This document shows, in pieces, positions 19,340 through 28,333 of a stretch of DNA of 64,000 nucleotides (within the stretch, counting starts at the first letter, position 1; each line of letters begins with the position of its first letter). The notes under the pieces were generated by a model. The model was not told the origin of the DNA. It saw only the letters and a list, made by a program, of their open reading frames with translations, and made no database searches. The DNA lies in the NCBI GenBank assembly GCA_043799405.1, contig JAZDNT010000003.1, positions 79,461 through 143,460 of the forward strand, in the 5' to 3' direction. This DNA is from Candidatus Kerfeldbacteria bacterium (GTDB taxonomy: Bacteria; Patescibacteriota; Patescibacteriia; SBBC01). The translations under genes were made by a program, and so were the position numbers.

Positions 19340-19873
19340 TCAGAAGCAGAGCTCGAACTGCTGCGACAGTCCCCAGGCGGAACTCCAGAGGCGATGTCCC
19401 CACCAAAAGGAGCCGTCCGCAAACAACATCAGCTCTTCGGTGTTGGCAGTCGGGTAGCGAACCCACAGCATCCAGCCGTTCAGCCAGTCGCGCTCATAAT
19501 CCTTCCATAGACGCCCGACTGGCGCGCGGCACATGTTCGTGTTGATCCGGAAGAACATGACCACGTGATAGCCGCTGCCGGGATTGTTGGGATCGCGCCA
19601 GAATTCGTTGACAGCGTACGGCTTGACCTGCCAGCCTGTCACTCGCGTCGGCATCGGACCGGGCTTGATCAATGCAGGTCCGCTCCCGATCGGAACGGTC
19701 TGTACGGGCTCTGCAAGAGCAGAACCCCTGTACAGTGCCTTGATCTGCCCCCAGCTGGCGCGCTTGACAACCGGCGGCGCTTGGTCGTCAGCCGCGGCTG
19801 CCAAGCTGGGCGTGATCAGGACAAAGGCCGCGCACAGCACAGCCAACGGAAGCAACCTTCTCTTGAAGTTCAC
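19340..19873 (-). CDS. secreted Trp-rich hypothetical protein sharing its N-terminal module with the M23 peptidase
   Basis: 177 aa from GTG 19873, with AGGAGG 6 nt upstream; the ORF opens at TTG 19891. Signal peptide LLPLAVLCAAFVLITPSLAAA. Motif ASWGQIKALYRG. Confidence 0.65.
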   Translation of the reverse strand: MNFKRRLLPLAVLCAAFVLITPSLAAAADDQAPPVVKRASWGQIKALYRGSALAEPVQTVPIGSGPALIKPGPMPTRVTGWQVKPYAVNEFWRDPNNPGSGYHVVMFFRINTNMCRAPVGRLWKDYERDWLNGWMLWVRYPTANTEELMLFADGSFWWGHRLWSSAWGLSQQFELCF

Positions 19874-20090
19874 GATGTGCCTCCTGTCCAAGATGGTTCA
19901 CTGCTTGCAGCGCATGAAGATCCTGCTACAAGAAAGAAGTTGACAGTATCACCTCCTTTTCAACGAGCGTGAAATGCAACAACGCACGATGACGCCATGT
20001 GCGCCACCGTGTATTGCTGCGTAGAAATGTACTACTTAGAGCGTATACCTCACGTATGGACTGTCAACGCCCTTTATGCACCAAAATCGC

Positions 20091-20180
20091 CGCCGTCGCG
20101 ACGCCCCGTTAGAGGCATGCGTCGAATTGTCCCTATTAGAAGGCAATAAAGGGGTATTCGCCTCTAACGGGGCGACGGCG
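20091..20180 (-). other. about 90-nt extended rod-like hairpin (terminator or small structured RNA)
   Basis: The outer arms pair GCCCCGTTAGAGGC (20102-20115) with GCCTCTAACGGGGC (20160-20173), plus CGCCGTCG/CGACGGCG. There is a nested inner stem. The minus strand is followed by GATTTTGG. Confidence 0.4.
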
Positions 20181-20201
20181 CATGGTTAAAAACAACGATG
20201 T

Positions 20202-20537
20202 CTATAATGAATACTGGCGACTCGCCCGTTCGCTCCATATCCGAACTACGGCGAGCACGGCATCACGGTCATCATCAGGATTGATACTATTTCGTCGTTC
20301 TCTACCACACACTGTACAACGATGAACAACGCTCTCTATTCTGTTGCGCCGTTCTATGCGTATCGGCTCCATCATCCCGTTGCACGGCTCTTTCCGATCG
20401 CCAGGATCCACGTCGACGTGCTTGCTCCAGAGGCACCGCGGGCAGTGGTTCGTGTACCCCGTACCGGAAACGACCGTACAGCAATGATCACAGGTAAAAT
20501 CCTCGATGGTGCGCTGAAAGCGTTTCGACTTGTTCAT
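20202..20537 (-). CDS. RNHCP domain protein (zinc-binding)
   Basis: 111 aa from ATG 20537; start uncertain, ORF opens at 20573. YTNHCPRCLWSKHVD plus CDHCC and CTVCG cysteine pairs. Confidence 0.7.
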   Translation of the reverse strand: MNKSKRFQRTIEDFTCDHCCTVVSGTGYTNHCPRCLWSKHVDVDPGDRKEPCNGMMEPIRIERRNRIESVVHRCTVCGRERRNSINPDDDRDAVLAVVRIWSERASRQYSL

Positions 20538-20595
20538 GTATGCAGTGTACGGCATTCCGGTGCGCGACATCAATCCCCTATGCTACACTGGATGC

Positions 20596-21471
20596 ATGCA
20601 GCGGCGTCTCATTGTCATCCTCGGTCCGACCGCATCTGGGAAGTCACGGCTCGGTGTATTGCTTGCAAAAAAATTCCGTGGCGTTATTTTATCCGCGGAT
20701 TCACGGCAGGTCTACTGCGGCATGGATATTGGTACGGCAAAGATAACACGTAGAGAAATGCACAAAATCCCGCATTTCCTCCTCGATATCGCATCTCCGC
20801 GCCGTACGTTCACCGTTGCGCAGTACCAGCGCGCAGCTATAAACCTGCTCAAGCGGATCCCGGAGAGCGCCCCCGTGTTCATTGTCGGCGGCTCTCCTTT
20901 CTACATCGATGTGATCCTCAATCCCCTGCCCTTTCCTGATGTAAAACCAAATCCAACGCTTCGGAAACGATTAGCAAAAAAGCCGGTCTCGCAACTGTTC
21001 CGAATGCTTCAGCAAAAAGACCCACGGCGCGCGCGTACGATCGACCGGAAAAATCCGCGACGCCTCATTCGCGCACTTGAGATCGTACATGCGCTCGGTC
21101 GGGTTCCGCTAAGATCACATCACACACCATATCACGTCCTTAAGATCGGCATAAATATGCCACGAAAAACGCTCTACAAGAGAATTGATGAACGCGTTGA
21201 CGAACGCGTTCCCGGCATACTTAAGGAAACAGCGGAGCTGCACAGACGAGGAATCTCATGGAAGCGTCTTGACCAGTTCGGCCTCGAGTACCGCTGGGCA
21301 AGCAGAATTCTTAACCGAAAAATTCCAAAAAGAGAAGGGATCGAACGACTCAAAGGCGATATCCATGCGTTCTCACGAAGGCAGATGACGTGGTGGCGGA
21401 ACGATAATAACATTCACTGGATACAAAACAAGCGCGCCGCTGAACGCCTTGTGTCGCGGTTTCTGAAATAG
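20596..21471 (+). CDS. miaA: tRNA dimethylallyltransferase
   Basis: 291 aa from ATG 20596. P-loop ILGPTASGKS. SADSRQVYCGMDIGTAK. Confidence 0.92.
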   Translation: MQRRLIVILGPTASGKSRLGVLLAKKFRGVILSADSRQVYCGMDIGTAKITRREMHKIPHFLLDIASPRRTFTVAQYQRAAINLLKRIPESAPVFIVGGSPFYIDVILNPLPFPDVKPNPTLRKRLAKKPVSQLFRMLQQKDPRRARTIDRKNPRRLIRALEIVHALGRVPLRSHHTPYHVLKIGINMPRKTLYKRIDERVDERVPGILKETAELHRRGISWKRLDQFGLEYRWASRILNRKIPKREGIERLKGDIHAFSRRQMTWWRNDNNIHWIQNKRAAERLVSRFLK

Positions 21472-21542
21472 TGTTGCTAATCCGGCTTCTAACATTGATG
21501 TGATCTCTGTAAGAAGCCGGACTGTATCGAGCGTGCGCTGCC

Positions 21543-21776
21543 TCATGCAGCGCCTTCCTTGTCGCCTTCCGGCGGTTTTGGCGTACCGGACCCCCAGCGC
21601 TCGGCGCGCCGGTTCTCCTCCTGGATACGGACGTAAATCTCTTCACGATGAACCTTGACCTCGGGAGGCGCGTCGATGCCGAGCTTCACCTGGCCCGAGC
21701 GGACCTCCAACACCGTGATCTTCACGGAGTCGCCGATCCTGATGATCTCTCCCAACTTCCTTGTCAAGACCAACAT
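21543..21776 (-). CDS. csrA: carbon storage regulator CsrA
   Basis: 77 aa. [48 protein letters not shown]. Confidence 0.93.
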   Translation of the reverse strand: MLVLTRKLGEIIRIGDSVKITVLEVRSGQVKLGIDAPPEVKVHREEIYVRIQEENRRAERWGSGTPKPPEGDKEGAA

Positions 21777-21870
21777 GGCTCTCCTCCTTATCCTTCACCC
21801 CACTGGGGTGAGCGTTACTGCGCTTAGGCAAAACACGCGCCTCGTGAAATTAGGGGGAAGAATCGTCAGT

Positions 21871-21899
21871 ACGCTATCACAACGATAAAAACCTGTCAA
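21871..21899 (-). promoter_or_regulatory. candidate csrA promoter TTGACA-17-TAGCGT
   Basis: Read on the minus strand. Followed by a leader with the hairpin CACCCCAGTGGGGTG and GGA-rich AAGGATAAGGAGGAG at the start codon. Confidence 0.35.
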
Positions 21900-21933
21900 C
21901 CGGAAAGGCTAACAGTAACGTTCCTGTCACATA

Positions 21934-23451
21934 CTAATCCTTGAGAGCTATTTCGAGAAGTTTCCGGACGGCCTGTGCATCCGCAGTACCCTTTGTCTCT
22001 GCCATGACCTTCCCGACAAGAAACTGTAGTACCGTGGTTTTTCCCGACCGGTATTTTTTTACAAGTTCCGGATTGTTATCGATGACCCGCTTGACGACCG
22101 GCTCGATCGACTCCGCATCCCCTACCTTCTTCGTACGCTCTATGCCCAATTCCTTCATGAGGGTATGCGGGCCTTTCTTCGTCTCACGCATTGTTTCGTA
22201 CAGTTCTGCAGCGGTCGAGAGCGTTATCGTTTTTTCATGCGCCATCCAGAGAAGACGGGCGAGGTCAGCAGGCGGAACGGGTAATCCCCAGGTCGTCCTG
22301 TGTTCCGCAGAGATCCGGTTCGTGAGGAACTTTGCGATGAACTGCGTCGCTAGGCTCCTATTCTTGCTCCAGTACTCTTCAGCGGCTTTATCACCCAATT
22401 CATCCGCAGCATACTCGCGGAACTCGGTAACGATCTCCTCGAAGTACTTCCACATCGGCCTGTCGTCTGCTTTTGCAAACGGCGTATCCCTGACGAGTGA
22501 ATCGGCGAGCACCGGCGTCAGGCCGTACATATCGACAAACCGCTGCCGGCGGGCAGAGGGGAGTTCGGGCATTGAACGAACGAGGTTCTTGAGGAACTCC
22601 GGCGTGAAGTGAAGCGGAGGGATATCTGGTTCCGGGAAGTAGCGGTAATCCGAAGAGGTCTCTTTACGGCGCTGCGCTATCGTCACCTGAGCCGTAGCAT
22701 CCCAGCCCCGCGTTTCGTGGCCCTTCGGGGGCTTACCCTGCTCCCACAGCTTTCTCTGACGCTCAATCTCAAAGGCGAGCGCGCGCTCGACGTTCCTGAA
22801 GGAATTGATGTTCTTAACCTCTGTTTTCGGTTGGAGCGCTGAATCGCCTTTTTTTCGAAGCGACACGTTCGCATCGCACCGAAGCTCCCCCTTTTCCATG
22901 TCGGCATTCGATACGGAAAGGTACCGCATTGTGAGCCGGAGCTCCTGCATGAACGCTTTCGCTTCTTGCGGGGTCCGAATGTCAGGCTCCGTCACTATTT
23001 CCATGAGTGGGGTGCCTGCGCGGTTAAAATCGACGAACGAGTGTCCGCCGACGTGCGTCAGTTTTCCGACGTCCTCTTCAAGGTGCAGCCGTGTAATGCC
23101 GATGATCCGTTCTAATCCATCATATACAACGCTCAGATTGCCGTGTACGCCGATCGGTTCGTCGTACTGCGAGATCTGATACCCCTTTGGAAGATCGGGG
23201 TAAAAGTAGTGCTTGCGGTCGAACTTCGAATGTTCGGGTATGGTGCAGCCGAGCGCGGTCGCAGCTATAACAGCCCACTCGATCGCCTGCTTGTTCGGAA
23301 CAGGGAGCGTTCCGGGGTGGCCCGTGCAGACAGGGCACACGAGCGTGTTCGGTTCCGCCCCATCGCTCGCATTGTCGCAGGAGCAGAACATCTTCGACTT
23401 CGTCTTTAGCTGAACGTGGATTTCAAGCCCGATAACTGCTTCGAGGTCCAT
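21934..23451 (-). CDS. gatB: Asp/Glu-tRNA amidotransferase subunit B
   Basis: 505 aa from ATG 23451; the ORF opens at 23535. AVIGLEIHVQLKTKSKMFC, CPVCTGHPGTLP, and a C-terminal YqeY-like domain. Confidence 0.94.
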   Translation of the reverse strand: MDLEAVIGLEIHVQLKTKSKMFCSCDNASDGAEPNTLVCPVCTGHPGTLPVPNKQAIEWAVIAATALGCTIPEHSKFDRKHYFYPDLPKGYQISQYDEPIGVHGNLSVVYDGLERIIGITRLHLEEDVGKLTHVGGHSFVDFNRAGTPLMEIVTEPDIRTPQEAKAFMQELRLTMRYLSVSNADMEKGELRCDANVSLRKKGDSALQPKTEVKNINSFRNVERALAFEIERQRKLWEQGKPPKGHETRGWDATAQVTIAQRRKETSSDYRYFPEPDIPPLHFTPEFLKNLVRSMPELPSARRQRFVDMYGLTPVLADSLVRDTPFAKADDRPMWKYFEEIVTEFREYAADELGDKAAEEYWSKNRSLATQFIAKFLTNRISAEHRTTWGLPVPPADLARLLWMAHEKTITLSTAAELYETMRETKKGPHTLMKELGIERTKKVGDAESIEPVVKRVIDNNPELVKKYRSGKTTVLQFLVGKVMAETKGTADAQAVRKLLEIALKD

Positions 23452-23483
23452 AGTACGACTAGTGTAGCAACGTTTTCCGGATA

Positions 23484-23529
23484 CGAAAAGCGGCGCTGAT
23501 TCTCCTTCCTCCAGGGGAGAACCAGCGCC
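23484..23529 (-). terminator. terminator after tdk
   Basis: Minus strand: GGCGCTG...CAGCGCC stem with an inner CTCC/GGAG pairing, followed by GCTTTTCG. Confidence 0.45.
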
Positions 23530-23574
23530 AAACAAACGAAGAGCAGCTTGTCTTGATGGTCGGTTGTCGGGACA

Positions 23575-24225
23575 TCATGCAGCCTGCGCCGGCAATTCGC
23601 CGAAGTACGTATCGGGATCGATGGTCCCGATCAGGCCCCGTGCGAGGAGCAGATCGTACCCAGGCGTCTTCGGGAAGCACAGGTCGCACAACGGGCGATA
23701 ATCGTCATTCCTTCCGATCCTGACGGTCGGTTCGCCTGCCTCAAACAGATGCACAGGGACGCCGTTCCTGATCCTCTGCGACCAGAATGCGTCACCCTTG
23801 CAGATGTCGCATACTGCCGAATGATCAACCGGTTTGATGTTCGGCAGGTTGTTGATCCTCGACATCGTTGCCCAGGCCCTCCCCTGCCAGGTCGACGAGA
23901 GACCGCATGCGATCACATGGACCTGTCGCTCCATCTCGAGCCGGATGAGTACGTCCACGATCGACTGCGGCGCCAGATGGACCTCATCGATGACGACGAC
24001 ACCCGCCCCCATCGACTGCTCCCACACCTCCCTCGGGTCTTCAAACATGATGCAGGGACGCTCGATACGACCATCGTCGAGGTAGGAGCAGATGACGCCC
24101 GGCTCACGCGTATCTCGCACGTGCTTGAACGCCACGGGATGGCGTCCTTGAAGCTCCGCACGGATGATCTGCGCGATTGCCTGGGTCGACTTCCCTCCCC
24201 TCACCGCACCTCGGTTCAGATGCAT
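23575..24225 (-). CDS. tdk: thymidine kinase
   Basis: 216 aa. P-loop GGKST, VVIDEVHL, ACGLSSTWQGRAW, and zinc-type cysteines CDICKG...CDLCF. GC-rich, with its own promoter and a strong SD (GAGGAGGTGAG). Confidence 0.8.
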   Translation of the reverse strand: MHLNRGAVRGGKSTQAIAQIIRAELQGRHPVAFKHVRDTREPGVICSYLDDGRIERPCIMFEDPREVWEQSMGAGVVVIDEVHLAPQSIVDVLIRLEMERQVHVIACGLSSTWQGRAWATMSRINNLPNIKPVDHSAVCDICKGDAFWSQRIRNGVPVHLFEAGEPTVRIGRNDDYRPLCDLCFPKTPGYDLLLARGLIGTIDPDTYFGELPAQAA

Positions 24226-24299
24226 GCACTCACCTCCTCAATTGTCCACAACCGAAATGTCGAAGAGCAGCGTATCTGCCCTCCGTTAGATACGGCAAA

Positions 24300-24328
24300 A
24301 TCTTACGCTTCTGGCGGGGTACCGTCAA
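24300..24328 (-). promoter_or_regulatory. candidate tdk promoter TTGACG-17-TAAGAT
   Basis: Read on the minus strand in the 122-nt gap after thyX. Confidence 0.4.
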
Positions 24329-24347
24329 CTCGACTATTTAGTCCAAT

Positions 24348-25880
24348 TTACCGCTTATAGAAATCAGCTGGAAAGTCCATTTTTATTGCCCGCAAATGCT
24401 CGACGAGCATCGGGTGGACCTTCTTCACCTGCTCGTACATATCGTACACGAGAGCTCGATACGAGAAGTGACCGCCGGACTTCGAGCGAAGCTCGACGAA
24501 ATGGTGCAGTTCCCGTAGGTTCATCTTGAACAGCGTCCGCTTTTTGTAACCGAGCGGGATCAGGTACGTCGAGTCGTCAGGAAGATCTTTGCCGATTGTC
24601 TCGACTGCGTGCGCAGCCTTTTTCATCGCTTCGTCGAATGTCGGCAGTAATCCTGCATCCTCGAGGTCGCGAGGTATCTCGTAACCATGGTCGATGCCGA
24701 GCGGCTGGTTTATCTGCGTCAATATACGATGCCGCTGCAAGTCGCGGAACGCGCCGTAGTCAAAGAGAATGTCGAAAATGAATCCGCCGGGAACTTCAAA
24801 GTGCCGTGTTACCCAGTCGCGTTCCCCGCGCCTCGATTGCACTGCGCTGATGATCTCCCTCTTCTTCGCATTATCACATTTCGAGACTGCGTGTACAATC
24901 TCGCGGAACGGCGCGCGCGATCCACTATAGAGGATCGTTGCTATAAGCTCGTCCTCGGGGCTTATGCGCTCAACAATGTAGTCAGCGCGCGGCTGGGCAG
25001 CGCCCTTCGGCTCCATGACGCCCAACTCCTTCGCGTACCGCGCTCCGATCGCAGCAACGCCATCGAAGTACGGCTTCGGCTCAGTGTGTTTCACGAGCGT
25101 CGGCGCGCCCTCGATCTGCAATTTCAGCGATTCCTGCAACGCTGATGCCTCGTCAGGCGCCTTTTCAGCAAGCGATTCAAGGAGCGGCTGTATCTTCGCG
25201 CGGTGCGGATTGTACGCCGGGTTCACGGCAGCGGCTTCAACGTCGTTCCCGATGTCACGGACCTCCTGGAAAGGGTGTCCTTTCATTTTTGAGATAGCGT
25301 GCCGGAGCGCCCGGGCGCTCATGATCATGCCGAAGTTCGTGAGCGTGCCGGCAGGCAGCAGGTAACGCGCGACGTCAAGCGACCGCGCCTTGAGCTTCGC
25401 CGCATACATCTTGTCAGTAAGGTCAGTAGGCTTCGGGTAGCGAGCGCGGTAGTACTCGATCATGCCGGCGAGAACTTTCTCGTAGGTCGTAAAAAGCATG
25501 TCTGCGGTCGAAATATATAGGTCGGCATGCTTTGAGGCCATAACCGCCACAGGACGGTAGTAGCTCGACGAATCGAACTGGACGTACCGCGTTGACTTTT
25601 CCTGGTACGAGGCGATCCGGTTGTCCTCGAGCACCTTCGACGCAAGAATTGACACGTTCTCGACGGCAATAGCGACCACGGCTATGTCCGCGACCGAAGA
25701 GTCGCCGTACCCCAAAACCCACTTCTCATGGAACTCGGCGGACTTCTCCTCGGTCAGCTCATCGATCGTCTCCTTGATCGATCTTGAAGACCGCGAGTAC
25801 TTCGCCATGGCCACTGCGAGTACCTCCGGTGGCAGGCCGACGATGGAGAATATCTCACGTTTTCGCGTTGGTGTACTCAT
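24348..25880 (-). CDS. thyX: FAD-dependent thymidylate synthase, long two-lobed form
   Basis: 510 aa. The C-terminal lobe has FRDLQRHRILTQ and ELRSKSGGHFSYR. The N-terminal lobe has ASYQEKSTRY. Confidence 0.88.
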   Translation of the reverse strand: MSTPTRKREIFSIVGLPPEVLAVAMAKYSRSSRSIKETIDELTEEKSAEFHEKWVLGYGDSSVADIAVVAIAVENVSILASKVLEDNRIASYQEKSTRYVQFDSSSYYRPVAVMASKHADLYISTADMLFTTYEKVLAGMIEYYRARYPKPTDLTDKMYAAKLKARSLDVARYLLPAGTLTNFGMIMSARALRHAISKMKGHPFQEVRDIGNDVEAAAVNPAYNPHRAKIQPLLESLAEKAPDEASALQESLKLQIEGAPTLVKHTEPKPYFDGVAAIGARYAKELGVMEPKGAAQPRADYIVERISPEDELIATILYSGSRAPFREIVHAVSKCDNAKKREIISAVQSRRGERDWVTRHFEVPGGFIFDILFDYGAFRDLQRHRILTQINQPLGIDHGYEIPRDLEDAGLLPTFDEAMKKAAHAVETIGKDLPDDSTYLIPLGYKKRTLFKMNLRELHHFVELRSKSGGHFSYRALVYDMYEQVKKVHPMLVEHLRAIKMDFPADFYKR

Positions 25881-26494
25881 ATCGATAAAAATTTCTGCAG
25901 TGATTGTTGAACATCAGCTCGTACTTCATCAAATGACTTACTCGCATCAATCCGAACATACGGAAATTTCACTGTTCGTACGAGTTGAGTAAAGCCTTCC
26001 CGAACACGACGATGAAATGCCAAAGTTTTAACATCAATCCGGTTAAATAAACCGGTTCCGAACCTTCGTGTAATACCGACCTTCGGATCAATATCAAGCC
26101 AAATTAAAAGATCAGGATCAGGAAAACCAGCTGCCAGAATCAACTGCATGAATGCGTTTATGTCTGTGCGTTTCATCGATGCCCACCACTGATACGCAAA
26201 CGTATCCATCCAGTAGCGATCGGAGAAAACATGCTTCCCGAGTTTCGTCGACGGCGCAACGACTGTGTTGATATGTTCGGCACGGTCGGCGAAAAATAGA
26301 AACAGTTCCGCTTCTGGTGTTGGATCCAGCTCATGACGATCCAACAGGATATCTCGAATCGCCGCGCCGACCGGTGTACCGCCGGGTTCACGCGTAAAAA
26401 TGGCTTCGGGATAACTTTTTTTCAGAAACGTAAACAGAGAGGTTTTCCCGCTCCCTTCGCCTCCCGATACCGCAATGAATTTCCCTTTCCTCAT
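25877..26494 (-). CDS. tmk: dTMP kinase
   Basis: 205 aa. FIAVSGGEGSGKTS, TREPGGT, DRY. ATGA overlaps at both ends. Confidence 0.93.
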   Translation of the reverse strand: MRKGKFIAVSGGEGSGKTSLFTFLKKSYPEAIFTREPGGTPVGAAIRDILLDRHELDPTPEAELFLFFADRAEHINTVVAPSTKLGKHVFSDRYWMDTFAYQWWASMKRTDINAFMQLILAAGFPDPDLLIWLDIDPKVGITRRFGTGLFNRIDVKTLAFHRRVREGFTQLVRTVKFPYVRIDASKSFDEVRADVQQSLQKFLSI

Positions 26495-27066
26495 TTTTTT
26501 TGCACTAGTCGTATTTGCCGCATCACTACATCAATCTTTTTATACAGCTCCCTTGTGCTTCCGACGTTGTCAATCCGGTAATCTGCCTGCCGTCCGATCT
26601 TGGGAATCTCTCGCTCGTGCGGCAACGATTCGATCCGACGGAACTCTGAAAGGCTCACGCGATCATCAATTCGTTCATTCCGTCCGTACGCCCGTTTCCA
26701 GCGGTATTCCATCGGGGCGGTGACGTACAGTAAACGGAAGTTTTTCAGTCGTTTTAACAGCCGGAGCTCGCCGAACTCCCGAACCCCATCAACAATGACC
26801 ACCTTCGCTCGCTTCTGTTGCCGAACCTGCTTCAAAACCGCCCGAGCTATCACGTCGAGACCAAAGGTGTTACGCAATGCTTCGGCCAATCGGCCTTGAA
26901 CTCGATGATCCCGCCAATTCAGATCAAGCAGCTCAAGAATGACATTCAGTACGTTTTCTGAAAAAACAATGAAGGGGTATCCATAATTCCGAGCGATATA
27001 CCGGCCAACCACGGCTTTGCCGCTGCTCTTCTCGCCCACAATGCCGAGGATGAGCGGGGGCTGCAT
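26491..27066 (-). CDS. small P-loop nucleotide kinase (dNMP-kinase / dephospho-CoA-kinase-like), substrate unknown
   Basis: 191 aa. Walker A GIVGEKSSGKA. VIVDGVR. Translationally coupled to dcd and tmk. Confidence 0.6.
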   Translation of the reverse strand: MQPPLILGIVGEKSSGKAVVGRYIARNYGYPFIVFSENVLNVILELLDLNWRDHRVQGRLAEALRNTFGLDVIARAVLKQVRQQKRAKVVIVDGVREFGELRLLKRLKNFRLLYVTAPMEYRWKRAYGRNERIDDRVSLSEFRRIESLPHEREIPKIGRQADYRIDNVGSTRELYKKIDVVMRQIRLVQKK

Positions 27067-27623
27067 TACTCGAAGTTCTTATGGATCTTTGACGCCTGCG
27101 GTTCTGTGCTGCCGTAGTACTTGTGGGTCGTTTTGCCGTACGGCTTCTCCGCCGACGAGGTGAGCACATGGTAGGACATCTGGGCGATCGGCATGCGGTA
27201 GTACAGCTTTATCGGGAGCGGCGAGATGTTCGAGAGCTCGAGCGTCGGATTGAGCGAATTTCCCGGATCGATGTACCCCGCGGTCGCATGGATGATGAGG
27301 CCGATACGCCCGAGGCTGCTCTTGCCTTCGAGCCGGCCGACGATGTTATCGGGGAAACTGGTCCTTTCGACGGTCACTCCGAGGGCGAACTGGTTCGGGT
27401 GGATGATGAAGGGTTCGTCATCGCCGATCTCAACGCGGTGCATCAGCTCAGCAACGGGCTTCTTTACATCAATCTCAGTGAACCTGCCCGTATCGAAGAC
27501 GAGGAATATCTTTCCGAGGTGCAGATCGACCGAAGCAGGCTGAATCGCATTCGGGAACAGTGGATCGATGGAAATGCGCTTTTCGTCAAGTGCTTTTTTG
27601 ATGTCAACATCAGAAAGAATCAT
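27066..27623 (-). CDS. dcd: dCTP deaminase
   Basis: 185 aa. MILSDVDIKKAL...IDPL, SVDLHLG, GRLEGKSSLGRIGL. Confidence 0.93.
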   Translation of the reverse strand: MILSDVDIKKALDEKRISIDPLFPNAIQPASVDLHLGKIFLVFDTGRFTEIDVKKPVAELMHRVEIGDDEPFIIHPNQFALGVTVERTSFPDNIVGRLEGKSSLGRIGLIIHATAGYIDPGNSLNPTLELSNISPLPIKLYYRMPIAQMSYHVLTSSAEKPYGKTTHKYYGSTEPQASKIHKNFE

Positions 27624-27640
27624 GATCGTGATGCTAATGA

Positions 27641-28333
27641 TTATTTCGCTGAACGCGGATCGACGCTCACCGAAGGCCCCATGGTCGAGGTGAGCGAAAC
27701 GCTTTGAAGATACGTCCCCTTTGCTTCTGCAGGCTTCGCCTTATTGACGGCTTCGATCATCGCCGTAACGTTCTCGACAAGCTTCTGGTCCTCGAACGAG
27801 ACCTTGCCCACAACGACATGGACGTTGCTTCCGGTATCGTTGCGGAAGGCGATCTTGCCCGTATTAAGGTCGGTAACCACGGCTGCCGGATTCGGATTAA
27901 CCGTCTCGTTCTTCGGATTCGGCATCAAACCCCGCTGGCCGAGGATCTTCGCGATCGGCGACAGCTGCTTCATCATATCCGGGGCCGCTACGGCGATATC
28001 AAAATCCGTTACCCCCTTCTCCTTAATCTGTTTCACGAATTCCTCCCCGCCGACTAGAGCTGCGCCGGCTTTCTTCGCTTCGTCGGCGGCCTTGCCGTTC
28101 GCGAACACGGCGATCCGGAGTTTCTTGCCAGTGCCATGCGGGAGTTTTACCGTTCCACGAACGCCCTGGTCGGCCTTTGAAGCGTCGATGCCGAGATGAA
28201 AGTGCAGCTCGACCGACGCGTCGAACTTTACGGTTGATGTCTTCTTTACGAGTGCGACCGCGTCCGCGACGCGGTAACGTATCGCAGTATCGACCGAACC
28301 GGTCGCTGCGCGATATCGTTTACTGTGTGCCAT
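27641..28333 (-). CDS. rplA: 50S ribosomal protein L1
   Basis: 230 aa. MAHSKRY..., GTVKLPHGTGK, AAPDMM. Confidence 0.96.
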   Translation of the reverse strand: MAHSKRYRAATGSVDTAIRYRVADAVALVKKTSTVKFDASVELHFHLGIDASKADQGVRGTVKLPHGTGKKLRIAVFANGKAADEAKKAGAALVGGEEFVKQIKEKGVTDFDIAVAAPDMMKQLSPIAKILGQRGLMPNPKNETVNPNPAAVVTDLNTGKIAFRNDTGSNVHVVVGKVSFEDQKLVENVTAMIEAVNKAKPAEAKGTYLQSVSLTSTMGPSVSVDPRSAK

